Of a DNA stretch of 64,000 nucleotides, positions 33,958 through 42,651 are shown one piece after another. Under the pieces are notes generated by a model. The model had not been told where the DNA came from. It searched no databases and saw only the letters and a list, made by a program, of their open reading frames with translations. The DNA lies in NCBI GenBank assembly GCA_963841915.1, contig CAWJEN010000006.1, forward strand, positions 1 to 64,000. Reading direction: 5' to 3'. The first letter of the stretch is position 1. Every line of letters begins with the position of its first letter. Both the position numbers and the translations under genes were made by a program. Source of the DNA: an uncultured Planctomycetota bacterium (GTDB lineage Bacteria > Planctomycetota > Phycisphaerae > Tepidisphaerales > Tepidisphaeraceae).

Positions 33958-34678
33958 ATTCGACGACGTCGTGCGCTTCTTTGAGGAGTCTGCTAAAAAG
34001 TTCTGGAAGGAGATCGAGGCTGGAAATACGTGGCAAGCGCGGTTGGCGGCGTCATCTTTTGTCCAGTACATTGCAGACCGCGTTTCAATGGATACGTCGG
34101 AGACAAGCGAATATTGCCACGAGCACTTGCTCGCGGTACTCCTGGCTGCGCACCGCGATTTTGTCGATTGCTTCGAGGTGATCAAGTGTCCGAACGCTCG
34201 TCTTGATTTGATCGAGTTTGCTTGGTGTCGCCTAATGGACACGATGGATCGGATCGCAGTCGCGCGAAGTGGATTGGCAGGCTCCATGATTGACCGGATT
34301 GTGAAGCAGGCTGAATCAGCTCTCATTTACTTTGAAAAGCGATTCGGACGGGGCTTATTCGCAAGCCCCGAAATTTTTGCCGGAGTAGAAATTTGTACGA
34401 TATGCGGACGCGACTTTCGAGCTTGCGAGCATCAGGTTGGCTACCTCTACGATGGCAAGCGTTGCCGACGTAAAGCCGATGCAATCGAAGTTCGCTCCAT
34501 CTCGATCGTAAAGGTTCCGGTAGATCTTCGGTGTCGGATATGGCCGTGGAACTTCGACTACAGCACAGGCCGTTTCACAACCTGCGTATTAGCCGCTTTT
34601 GATCCCGACGATCTCTCGCCTCAACGCGACCGACCCGCTGGCTCATCGACAGAAGGCGTAAGTGCGTGCGATGGGTAG
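33944..34678 (+). CDS. Hypothetical protein with Zn-binding motif CxxC-x6-CxH-x9-C
   Basis: 14-bp overlap with upstream gene; helical N-terminus then FASPE...CTICGRDFRACEHQVGYLYDGKRC...SISIVKVP. Confidence 0.78.
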   Translation: MAETEFDDVVRFFEESAKKFWKEIEAGNTWQARLAASSFVQYIADRVSMDTSETSEYCHEHLLAVLLAAHRDFVDCFEVIKCPNARLDLIEFAWCRLMDTMDRIAVARSGLAGSMIDRIVKQAESALIYFEKRFGRGLFASPEIFAGVEICTICGRDFRACEHQVGYLYDGKRCRRKADAIEVRSISIVKVPVDLRCRIWPWNFDYSTGRFTTCVLAAFDPDDLSPQRDRPAGSSTEGVSACDG

Positions 34679-34779
34679 GTGGTACGTCAGCATCTTGGCG
34701 TGCGACGGGCCTCCTGGGGCCCAAGTCATGACGCATGGCGAGACTTGACGCCGCCCCCCCGCCCGGGCAACGCAATCTT

Positions 34780-34961
34780 ATGGAAGCCCCGCACGATCCG
34801 TTCGCCGACAAGATCGTCGAGCAGGCCAATACCTTCGATGACGTCCTCCTGCTGCCTCAACGCAGCGATTTCACGCCGGCCGACGCGATGTCCGCACCCG
34901 CCTGACGCGGCGGGTAACGCTCAACATCCCGCTCGTGTCGGCCCCGATGGACACCGTCACC
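34780..34961 (+). pseudogene. guaB: 5' fragment of IMP dehydrogenase (about 60 codons, frameshift near 34887)
   Basis: MEAPHDPFADKIVEQANTFDDVLLLPQRSDFTPADA / DVRTRLTRRVTLNIPLVSAPMDTVT matches the GuaB N-terminus (TFDDVLL.P, LNIPLVSA.MDTVT); homology then stops. Confidence 0.85.
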
Positions 34962-35026
34962 CATCATCGCGGTCTCCCGCCCGGATCGACGTCCAAACAA
35001 ACCATCTCGGTGATCGAATCGTTCCA

Positions 35027-35052
35027 CCACGACACTGCGTGTCGTGGCACCC
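35027..35052. repeat. Single GGGTGCCAC-type REP (reverse orientation)
   Basis: CCACGACAC-tgc-GTGTCGTGG followed by CACCC. Confidence 0.65.
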
Positions 35053-35169
35053 GGCACCACCGCCGTACATCGTGCGTCGGCACGACGCGACAGAGCACCC
35101 GTCGCGCCGAAGGAAGACCTACTGGACTAGCCAGCCGGCCGAGAATGCATTAACATCCTCTAACCTGCC

Positions 35170-36465
35170 ATGGCCAATGCTAAGAACCTATTCTTCATTC
35201 GTCGTCTGGAGCTAGAATCACTATGGGGCCATCAGGATTATGACCTTCATTTTCACGATGATGTGAATGTCATCATCGGGCCGAATGCGTCGGGCAAGAC
35301 TACTCTCATCAAGCTGCTTCACGATCTAATTAGTGGTAATGCAGATCGACTAGTCGTCATGCCATTCAAGAACGCAACGGTTGAGCTTGCGTCGTTCGAC
35401 GACGGATCAGCTCGTCTGTTGCGTGTCGACCGCAGCGAAGAGAAAACTACATTCCGGCTCGACGATCAGAAGATCAGTGTTCCCTTCGGTTGGTCAGATG
35501 ACCAGAGATTCCTGTTTGATAGCGATCCTGAACGCTTGCGGCGGCGAATGCCGAGGAAACATTATGAACTTCTGCATACGTTGAGGACGATGGTCAGGTC
35601 AGTATGGCTTCCGGTTTCGCGTCGGTTACCAATCAGCTACGAGGAAGACGGGGCCCGGGCGCCGCTACATCGTCGACCACTAGAGTCGGTCGATGAGTCT
35701 CTGTCTTCTCTTCTTAACGACCTTCGCAATTACGCACAAACCCTCAATTCGCGACTTGCTGATTTGCGGAAGGATTTTCAGCGACACGCCTTAGAAAATA
35801 TTCTGTATGACGAGAAGCACGACAAATTTAGTCACAAGTCAAACGCTACAACGCTCACTGAAGGGGACGAGAGGCAGCTTCTTCAGGCTTATCAAGACGT
35901 CGGACTTTCGACTACCGACATGACGGCGAGAGTGCGAAAACATTTCAATGCAGCCAGAGAGGCAGTCAAGAGCCTCGAACAGGAGAAGGAGGGGCTTGAC
36001 ATTGACGATGTACTTGTTCTCCCGCTCATCGCTCGTACAAGGGCTCTTATTGGTTACGCGCACGAGCTAGAAGAGCGTCGCCTTGAACTTTTCAAACCTA
36101 TAACCCTTTATGCAGAGACCGTCTCCGGCTTTCTTAGCGACAAAGCAGTATCAGTGACCGGCAACGGTGACCTGTTCGTTGTACCGCGCCGAGATGAGTC
36201 TGGCCCCGTCGATTGGCGTCACCTCTCTTCAGGAGAGAAGCAGATCCTCATCCTTTTAACTCAGGCGTTGATCTCGTCAGGCACGAACACGGTTTATGTA
36301 GCTGACGAGCCCGAGCTGTCTTTGCACGTGACCTGGCAGGAAAAGCTTCTGAAGTCGCTTACAAGTCTTGCTGGACGATGCCAGTTCATTATCGCGACGC
36401 ACTCTCCCGATGTCGTGGCAGGGTTTGGCGATAAGGTCATTGATCTTGCGGAGGTCCGTCGTTGA
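35170..36465 (+). CDS. AAA_15/AAA_21-type ABC ATPase, AriA-like
   Basis: Walker A GPNASGKT, signature LSSGEKQ, Walker B VYVADEPE, H-loop ATHSP; visibly lower GC than flanks. Confidence 0.9.
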   Translation: MANAKNLFFIRRLELESLWGHQDYDLHFHDDVNVIIGPNASGKTTLIKLLHDLISGNADRLVVMPFKNATVELASFDDGSARLLRVDRSEEKTTFRLDDQKISVPFGWSDDQRFLFDSDPERLRRRMPRKHYELLHTLRTMVRSVWLPVSRRLPISYEEDGARAPLHRRPLESVDESLSSLLNDLRNYAQTLNSRLADLRKDFQRHALENILYDEKHDKFSHKSNATTLTEGDERQLLQAYQDVGLSTTDMTARVRKHFNAAREAVKSLEQEKEGLDIDDVLVLPLIARTRALIGYAHELEERRLELFKPITLYAETVSGFLSDKAVSVTGNGDLFVVPRRDESGPVDWRHLSSGEKQILILLTQALISSGTNTVYVADEPELSLHVTWQEKLLKSLTSLAGRCQFIIATHSPDVVAGFGDKVIDLAEVRR

Positions 36466-37337
36466 GCTTTACCCGAACGCCAGCTGGTCTAGTCGAGAAG
36501 TGGCGGTTTCATCAGCTCCCCACGGTCTGGGTGGAGGGAGACGATGACTTGGCTTTCTACGAATTACCGTTACGCGGCGCAGGCTGTCGGATGGAGCGTT
36601 TGCACGGGAAGGAAAATGCCGATGCGCTCATTAAAGGCTTAAAGACGTTCAATTATCCTTACGTAGTTGTTCTCGACGGCGACTATGCTTTCCTAGACCG
36701 CCAGCGCACGCCGCATCGACGGGTCGTCAGACTTCAGCGTTATGCTGTCGAAAACTACCTTTGGGAGCCGGATGATGTCAATCGGGCCTGTTGCCGTTTC
36801 GCTCGCAGCGAGGTTGAGAAGGACTTATGTCTCGATCTGATGAAGGATGTTCAAAAGCAAGTCGATGAGCATTTGCGAGAGTGTGTTGAGCTTGACATCG
36901 CCGCACGCTTGATGATTACGCCACCAAAAGTTCTCCCAGATCGTATCGAGCCACTTCTCGAAAATCAGAGTGTCTCAAAGATCAGCCAGACTCGTGCCGA
37001 CCAAGCTCGGTTGGCAGCGAAGACGCTCGTTGATAATTCGCTAGCTGAACAGACCCGCGAACTTCTCACGCGTTTTCTGTCGTCTCGATCAATAATGCAC
37101 ATCTTGCGAGGTCATCTTGTATTAGGCCTTCTTCGACGGGTCATTTCAGAGGCGGTCAGAAGCGAGTCTACTTCAGCTCCTGTCCTTCACGAGAAAGCAG
37201 TGTTTGAGATTCTGATCGACCGTGTCTGGACGCTACCGCTTTCAGCTGACCATCGGAAGCTCAGGAACAATCTGCGTCGTAAGGTTCGAGAGGCACGCCT
37301 TGAACTTCAAAAGCAGCGAGAGAGCGGCATGAGCTAG
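36462..37337 (+). CDS. DUF4435/TOPRIM-like putative nuclease, AriB-like
   Basis: VWVEGDDD, VVVLDGDY, RYAVENYL, LRGH; start overlaps the ATPase stop (TTGA). Confidence 0.82.
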   Translation: MSFTRTPAGLVEKWRFHQLPTVWVEGDDDLAFYELPLRGAGCRMERLHGKENADALIKGLKTFNYPYVVVLDGDYAFLDRQRTPHRRVVRLQRYAVENYLWEPDDVNRACCRFARSEVEKDLCLDLMKDVQKQVDEHLRECVELDIAARLMITPPKVLPDRIEPLLENQSVSKISQTRADQARLAAKTLVDNSLAEQTRELLTRFLSSRSIMHILRGHLVLGLLRRVISEAVRSESTSAPVLHEKAVFEILIDRVWTLPLSADHRKLRNNLRRKVREARLELQKQRESGMS

Positions 37338-37341
37338 TCGT

Positions 37342-37410
37342 GTAGGGTTACCTACAGACCACCAGCGGAGGTGCTTCGGCCGGCGGTTGATGTGCTGAAG
37401 CCCATGCTAC
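37342..37410. repeat. Degenerate GTAG-family REP doublet
   Basis: GTAGGGTtacCTaCAGaCCACC ... GaTGTGCTGAAGCCCAtgCTAC, starting 5 bp after the DUF4435 stop. Confidence 0.75.
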
Positions 37411-37559
37411 TTGAGGTGCCTGGCGGTTGGGGGAGGTGATAAATCGAAGGGACGCCGCAGGCTCATGCAACGATCCGCATGGGCCGACTTGTCGTCTTGA
37501 GGCGATGGACCGGCCTTGGGGTCGCGTCGCCCGACCCTCCGTTACTCAAGGAGTGCTCC

Positions 37560-37616
37560 GTGGCGACACGAAACTATTTGCCCCAGGCCGATGAAGCCCT
37601 CAGCCTTGTGGCCTAG
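37560..37616 (+). pseudogene. Truncated gene start MATRNYLPQADEALSLVA*
   Basis: AAGGAG RBS, GTG start; resembles the N-terminus of the family of the 38531 gene; interrupted by a 25-bp duplication and a REP. Confidence 0.45.
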
Positions 37617-37660
37617 GCCGATGAAGCCCTCAGCCTTGTAGGGTGGGCTTCAGCCCACCA
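37585..37660. repeat. 25-bp direct duplication abutting a single GTAG REP
   Basis: AGGCCGATGAAGCCCTCAGCCTTGT at 37585 and 37615; GTAGGGTGGGCTTCAGCCCACCA at 37638-37660. Confidence 0.88.
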
Positions 37661-37673
37661 GTTAATCGGACAA

Positions 37674-38171
37674 TCAATCTGACTCCGCGACCGCCACGCC
37701 GACCGTGCCGCGGCAGGCGGGGAAGCCGGTGCAGCCCCAGAAGGGGCGGCCGGCGGTCGGGCCAGAGCGGGCGACGCGGCGGGCCATCGGGCGGCGGCAG
37801 CGGGGGCAGGCGGGAACCTCCGGCGAGGCGGTCGCCACCGCACCCGACGCGGGAACGGCCGCACGGGGAGCCGGCGACGCTTCGACGCGTTTCCGCTCGC
37901 GGCCGAGCAGGTCGCGGCCGGTCGCGAGGCACCGGACGGCCCCGACGCCGCTCATCAGAAAGGCCACAGCCGACAAGCAGCCGACGAGCGTTGCAAAAAC
38001 GACGGAGAGCGGCCCGGTGCCTTCCGGCATCAGGTCCGGGCCGAACAAATGGAGGGCGAGGGCGAACAACGCGAAGAAGACACCAAGGACGCCGCCGAGG
38101 ATCGGCGACGCCATCGCGATGTCCGTCACTTCACCGATCACGCCGCCGTCGTCGTCGTCCCGCCTACCCAT
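37674..38171 (-). CDS. Membrane protein with C-terminal topoisomerase-type C4 zinc finger
   Basis: Two TM helices then CPRCRRPMARRVARSGPTAGRPFWGCTGFPACRG. Confidence 0.8.
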   Translation of the reverse strand: MGRRDDDDGGVIGEVTDIAMASPILGGVLGVFFALFALALHLFGPDLMPEGTGPLSVVFATLVGCLSAVAFLMSGVGAVRCLATGRDLLGRERKRVEASPAPRAAVPASGAVATASPEVPACPRCRRPMARRVARSGPTAGRPFWGCTGFPACRGTVGVAVAESD

Positions 38172-38530
38172 GGGCGGCACGATATCAACTGCGTGCTGCG
38201 TCTGCCAGAACCCGTCAAGCCGCGTCTGGGTGTCACCACAGGCGTCGGACGCCCGGTGCCGCACGCGGCGACGCCGAACGGCGTGGCCTTCTTCGTGACG
38301 ACGGTGAGCAGCGGCCGTCGTGTCCATCTTTTTTTGCTACGTCTTCAAGCCGCTGTGGTGTGGGGCCGATGTCGGTGGTGAACGTCGGCCGCGGCGTGGC
38401 TCGAACCGTTCGGGCCGCCCGGCCTCCGTTCCGCCTCCAGCACCCCTTCGGCTGCCCCCGGCATCTATGAGACCCCGTTCCCCACCACCCCCACCACCTC
38501 CACCACCTCCACCTCTCCGCCCTCCCAGCC

Positions 38531-39240
38531 ATGGCACGTAGCACCATTCCCACGAAGATTGCGGCCCAGGTCGCATGGTCGGCCAACCTCGCCGGCCAGA
38601 TCGCCCGCGATCCGACACTGGGCGTCCCTGAGCCGCTCGCGACGAGCTTCGCGACGGCCAACACGAACGTCCAGACGTCCTACGGCATCTCCGAGACGCC
38701 CGAGACGCGGACGCGGGATGCCATCAAGGGCCGCAACGACGACCTGAAGGAGATGCGTCGCATCGGGTCGTTCGTCATCAAGGCCATCGAGGCCAACCCG
38801 GACCTGACGAACCAGCGCCGCGAGCAGCTGGGCCTGCTGCCGGTCGATTCGTCGCGGACCGTCGTGCCGCCGCCGTCGGTCGCACCGATCGTCGAGATCA
38901 CTCGCATCGATGGCCGCACGGTCTACGGCGAGCTGCGTCAAGAGGGCACGCGTCGCGGCCGCCCGGCAGACGTTGCGGGTGCCGTCATCTTCACGCACGT
39001 CGGCCCAACTTCCCCGATGTCGATGAGCGAGTGGACGTTTGCCCAGAGCACGACCACGACGAGCTTCGACTCTCCTTCGGCCCGAGCGAGACGGGCGACA
39101 CGGTTTGGATTAGTTGCTACTGGCAGAATGCCAAGGACGAGTCAGGCCCAGCTTCGCGGCCGATCAGTCTCAACCTGCCGGCGGGCGGCGTCCGGCCGAC
39201 CGAGATGGAAGAGCCGACGCCGATGCGGATCGCGGCGTAG
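38531..39240 (+). pseudogene. Helical-bundle plus FN3-like protein, frameshifted near 39070 (pseudogene or sequencing error)
   Basis: MARSTIP...EQLGL...PPPSVAP...GRPADVAGAVIF...WTFAQSTTTTSF continues in another frame as LSFGPSETGDTVWISCYWQNAKDESGPAS...MRIAA*. Confidence 0.65.
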
Positions 39241-39263
39241 CGCACCATCCAGCCAAGGACCAG

Positions 39264-39297
39264 ACGGCGGCGAGGCTTTCGAGCCCGCCGCCGTTTG
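39264..39297. terminator. Probable intrinsic terminator between convergent genes
   Basis: ACGGCGGCG-a-GGCT-ttcg-AGCC-CGCCGCCGT-TT. Confidence 0.7.
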
Positions 39298-39325
39298 CAT
39301 GGGTGTCGGGCTCAGCGATGGCGCG

Positions 39326-41431
39326 TCATTCCGCCGTCACAGCCGAGGCGGCGTCGAAGGGGACGAGTCGGGCGTCATCCTGCAGCGTCGCGCGGATGTG
39401 TCTCGGGCCGGCGTCGTAGAGCCACGGGCCGAGGGCGGCGTCCATGTCGAGCAGGAAGATTGTGTCTGCGTCGGTCGGAAGCTTCCGCTCCGGAGCAAAG
39501 CCGCTTCCGGTGTAGCGGGCGGTATTGGAGAGGCGAACGGTGTCGATGTGGCCGTCGAAGCCGCTGTCGATGTTGCCCGAGCCGTCGACATCGGCACCGA
39601 TCAGGAGCGGCAGCGGACGCAGGCCACGCAAGCCGGAACCGGCCAGTGCTGCGACCCGTTTGCCATCGACGTAGAGACGCACTTCGCTGCCGTCGAAGAC
39701 GCCGGCGATGTGGTGCCAGGTGTTGGGCTCGAGAACAGCGTCGGCGGCGCGAGCGGTGACGTATTGGGTGCCGAGAAAGACGCTGAAGCTCGGTCGGCCG
39801 TCGCTGACGAAGATGCCGTACTCGCTCAATTGCGTCTTGCACGCGAGCCCGCGTCGGCCGGCGTAGTCGTTGCCGTTGATCCACGCCTCGAGCGTGAGCG
39901 GAGCGTCGGCGGCAATGGGAATCTGGTCGCTGTCGATGCGGACGGCGCCGTCTCCGTCAACGGCAAGCGAGCGGTTCTCGCCGTCACCAGGCTTCCAGGT
40001 CGACGGCGGTTGCGACGGGACGGCCACGCGTCGCTCTGGGATGGCGTAGCGGGTCGACTTGCCGAGTAGATCGCTCTTGACGAGGAGGTCGACCGGTCGA
40101 AACGCGGCGTCGAGCGAGTCGGCCATCCGCGTGGCGCGGAACGTGAAGGTCGCCGTCTCGCCCGGATCAAGGTGAAAGTGGTCGTGGTCCGGCGAAAAGC
40201 TCCAGCGGCTGTCGCGACTGTCGGGCACGAGTTCGAGATCGATCGCGAAGCGGGTCGGGTTCTTCATGGTGGCCGTCACGTCCTGCACGGCCGCACCGGT
40301 CTCGTCGAGCTCGATGATCGGCGTGACGGCGACGGGTGCACTGGCGAGGGTGTCGGCGTCTGCGGAGAGTTCGTTCGTGATCTCGCGAACATCCATCGCA
40401 GCACCAACCGCAAAGGCGGCCATGGCGACCTGGTCGTCGCGGACGGTGACGAGGTGATACTGGTGGAGCATGCCCGCTTGTGGGGCGGCCGCGTTTTGCC
40501 CGCCGCCGACGGTGGCGAGGGCGACGTACTCGATGCCGTCGCGCACGCCGTCGTGCCGCATGCGATGGATGTGCCCGCCGAAGACGGCCGTCACGTTGCC
40601 GGCCGCGGCGAGGATCTGGTGCGTTTCTTCCCATGAATCGCCGTACATCTTGCCGTGACGCTTGTCTTCGCCGACCCAACGCGGGTGGTGAAGGAAGACG
40701 AAGATGTGCTTCGCATCCTTCGCCATGGTGAGCGTCTGCTTCAGCCAGTCGCGTTGCTCCGGCGACATGACGTGACTCTCGGGTTTGTTGAAGTTCTTCT
40801 CTCCCGTCCACGGGTTGCCCTCGTCGCTGTAGAGGACGAGGAACCAGCTGTTCTTGTGCTCGAACGCGTACCACAGCGGGCCGAAGTGGATCTCGTAGGC
40901 CGCTTCGTGCTCACCCTCGGGCTTCTCGTCGCCGGGTTCGCCGCGGTCGCGCCAGTAGATGTCGTGGTTACCGGCCACCGGAAACCATGGACTGATGAGC
41001 CCGTTCATGATGCCCTTGAACTCGCGCATCTGCTCGAGCCATTCGGGATGTTCGTTGTAGCCGTTGATCATGTCGCCGACGGTCATGACGAGGTCGGGCT
41101 CGATCAGGTTGACGTCGCGGACGGCATCGGCCAGCACGCTGACGCCGTCGGCGGGTCCGCCGGTCCGATCACCAAACACGGCAAAGACGAAGGCGTCCTC
41201 TTCGTGGGGCAGCGGTAGCTGGAGCGCGTCGGGGCGACTCGTGTGGAAGCGAGAGGCGTCGGGCGTGCGCGGGTGCGGCGGGTTGTGCGGGTGCAGGTGC
41301 CGTTCGTGACCGACGTTGGGCGTCGTGGCCGGGTAGTCGACGTCGGCGGGCTGCGTAGCGGGCGCTTGTGCCGCCGTCGCAGGGACGGGGACAAGCGCGA
41401 GCAGCAAAAGCGCGAGGTGGCGAGACTTCAT
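39326..41431 (-). CDS. Secreted calcineurin-like metallophosphoesterase with C-terminal LamG domain
   Basis: Signal peptide, FGDRTGG, VGDMI, AGNHD, FLHHP, GHIH; LTLEAWI...WHHIAGVFDG..VRLYVDG. Confidence 0.88.
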   Translation of the reverse strand: MKSRHLALLLLALVPVPATAAQAPATQPADVDYPATTPNVGHERHLHPHNPPHPRTPDASRFHTSRPDALQLPLPHEEDAFVFAVFGDRTGGPADGVSVLADAVRDVNLIEPDLVMTVGDMINGYNEHPEWLEQMREFKGIMNGLISPWFPVAGNHDIYWRDRGEPGDEKPEGEHEAAYEIHFGPLWYAFEHKNSWFLVLYSDEGNPWTGEKNFNKPESHVMSPEQRDWLKQTLTMAKDAKHIFVFLHHPRWVGEDKRHGKMYGDSWEETHQILAAAGNVTAVFGGHIHRMRHDGVRDGIEYVALATVGGGQNAAAPQAGMLHQYHLVTVRDDQVAMAAFAVGAAMDVREITNELSADADTLASAPVAVTPIIELDETGAAVQDVTATMKNPTRFAIDLELVPDSRDSRWSFSPDHDHFHLDPGETATFTFRATRMADSLDAAFRPVDLLVKSDLLGKSTRYAIPERRVAVPSQPPSTWKPGDGENRSLAVDGDGAVRIDSDQIPIAADAPLTLEAWINGNDYAGRRGLACKTQLSEYGIFVSDGRPSFSVFLGTQYVTARAADAVLEPNTWHHIAGVFDGSEVRLYVDGKRVAALAGSGLRGLRPLPLLIGADVDGSGNIDSGFDGHIDTVRLSNTARYTGSGFAPERKLPTDADTIFLLDMDAALGPWLYDAGPRHIRATLQDDARLVPFDAASAVTAE

Positions 41432-41558
41432 GGTGAGTGACTTTGGCGATGGAGAAGCTGCAAGTGCAAAGAGAACGTTTGCCTCCGGCTAACGGTCGCT
41501 GACACAGTTCCTACCCAGCATTAACGCTTGCCGTCGGCGGTCCATTTAGCTTCTGGCG

Positions 41559-42548
41559 ATGCCAAATAAACACTGTCTTCGAGGGTTCACCCTGGTCGAG
41601 CTGCTCGTCGTCATCGGGATCATCGCCCTGCTCGTGGGAGTCCTGCTGCCGACGCTGAGCCGCGCCCGGCAATCGGCCCAACAGGTCAACTGCGCGAGCA
41701 ACGTCCGCCAGTTGCTGAGCGGCGCGATCACGCGGGCCAGCGAGACGAAGCGCGGCATCCTCTTTCCGCAGGGCCTGAACTTCGCGGATCGCGGCGACTA
41801 CGGAAGCAACGACAGCCTCGACCACATCGTGCCGACGTACATCGCCTCGGTCGATGTCACCGTCTGCCCGGAAACAGAAAATGTCGTACGGCCAGAGACG
41901 GTTCAGGACGTGGTCGCCACCATCGCCGACCCACGCCGACGCGCCAGCCTCGAGACGGCGATGGTCGGGTACGAGGAAGAGATCAACGACATGTTCAATG
42001 TCGCACCCTCGCGGAACGGACCCGACGGCAACGACAACCGCGGTGACGGCTTCGACTACGGCCACAGCTACGAAGTCTTCGGTTGGTACAGCGGGCCGAC
42101 GATCTTTCCCGACGGCACGTTGATCGACATGCAGTCGCAGGCATCGGCCAACCAGCAGCTGGGCCTTTCACCAAGCGATCGCGATTTCGATCCCATTGAT
42201 CCGCGGATCTCGCAGGAGCTCAAGCGGCTAGGCAAACTCCGCAGCCCGACGACCACGATTCTCATTCTCGACTCCGATCAGGATCCGGGCGGCGGTGACG
42301 GCAATGGAAACTGGAACAACTACCCGACCCCGCTCAATAACCACCAGGAGCGCGGCGGCAACATCGGCTTCGGCGACGGGCACGTCGAGTTTCGCACGCC
42401 CGGTCCCGACTGGGTCGACATGTACATGAAGGCGTACCAGAGCATGGCGCTCGACTTCACCTTTATCCGCACGGTGCGCCCGGAACTGACCCAAGGCAGT
42501 CGCAACATCGGTGGACGGTCCTTCACCGTGTACGGCTACCGCAACTGA
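41559..42548 (+). CDS. Prepilin-type N-terminal cleavage/methylation protein with H-X9-DG motif
   Basis: [29 protein letters not shown]...[19 protein letters not shown]. Confidence 0.9.
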   Translation: MPNKHCLRGFTLVELLVVIGIIALLVGVLLPTLSRARQSAQQVNCASNVRQLLSGAITRASETKRGILFPQGLNFADRGDYGSNDSLDHIVPTYIASVDVTVCPETENVVRPETVQDVVATIADPRRRASLETAMVGYEEEINDMFNVAPSRNGPDGNDNRGDGFDYGHSYEVFGWYSGPTIFPDGTLIDMQSQASANQQLGLSPSDRDFDPIDPRISQELKRLGKLRSPTTTILILDSDQDPGGGDGNGNWNNYPTPLNNHQERGGNIGFGDGHVEFRTPGPDWVDMYMKAYQSMALDFTFIRTVRPELTQGSRNIGGRSFTVYGYRN

Positions 42549-42651
42549 GTCTGCCAGGTCGCCAGACCACCCCTTCGGCCACATCGACCACGGCCATTTG
42601 GCGATGCTCGACAGCTCGAGCATCGTCATCACTCCTCCTCTTCAAGCACCC

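Noticed and set aside
29800..39300. Prophage, IS or integron
   Set aside because: No integrase, transposase, RAYT or phage structural gene recognised, and no attC-like or att direct repeats found by eye
38531..40069. 512-aa ORF as listed
   Set aside because: After about 39070 it is off-frame read-through across a terminator and antisense to the metallophosphoesterase gene
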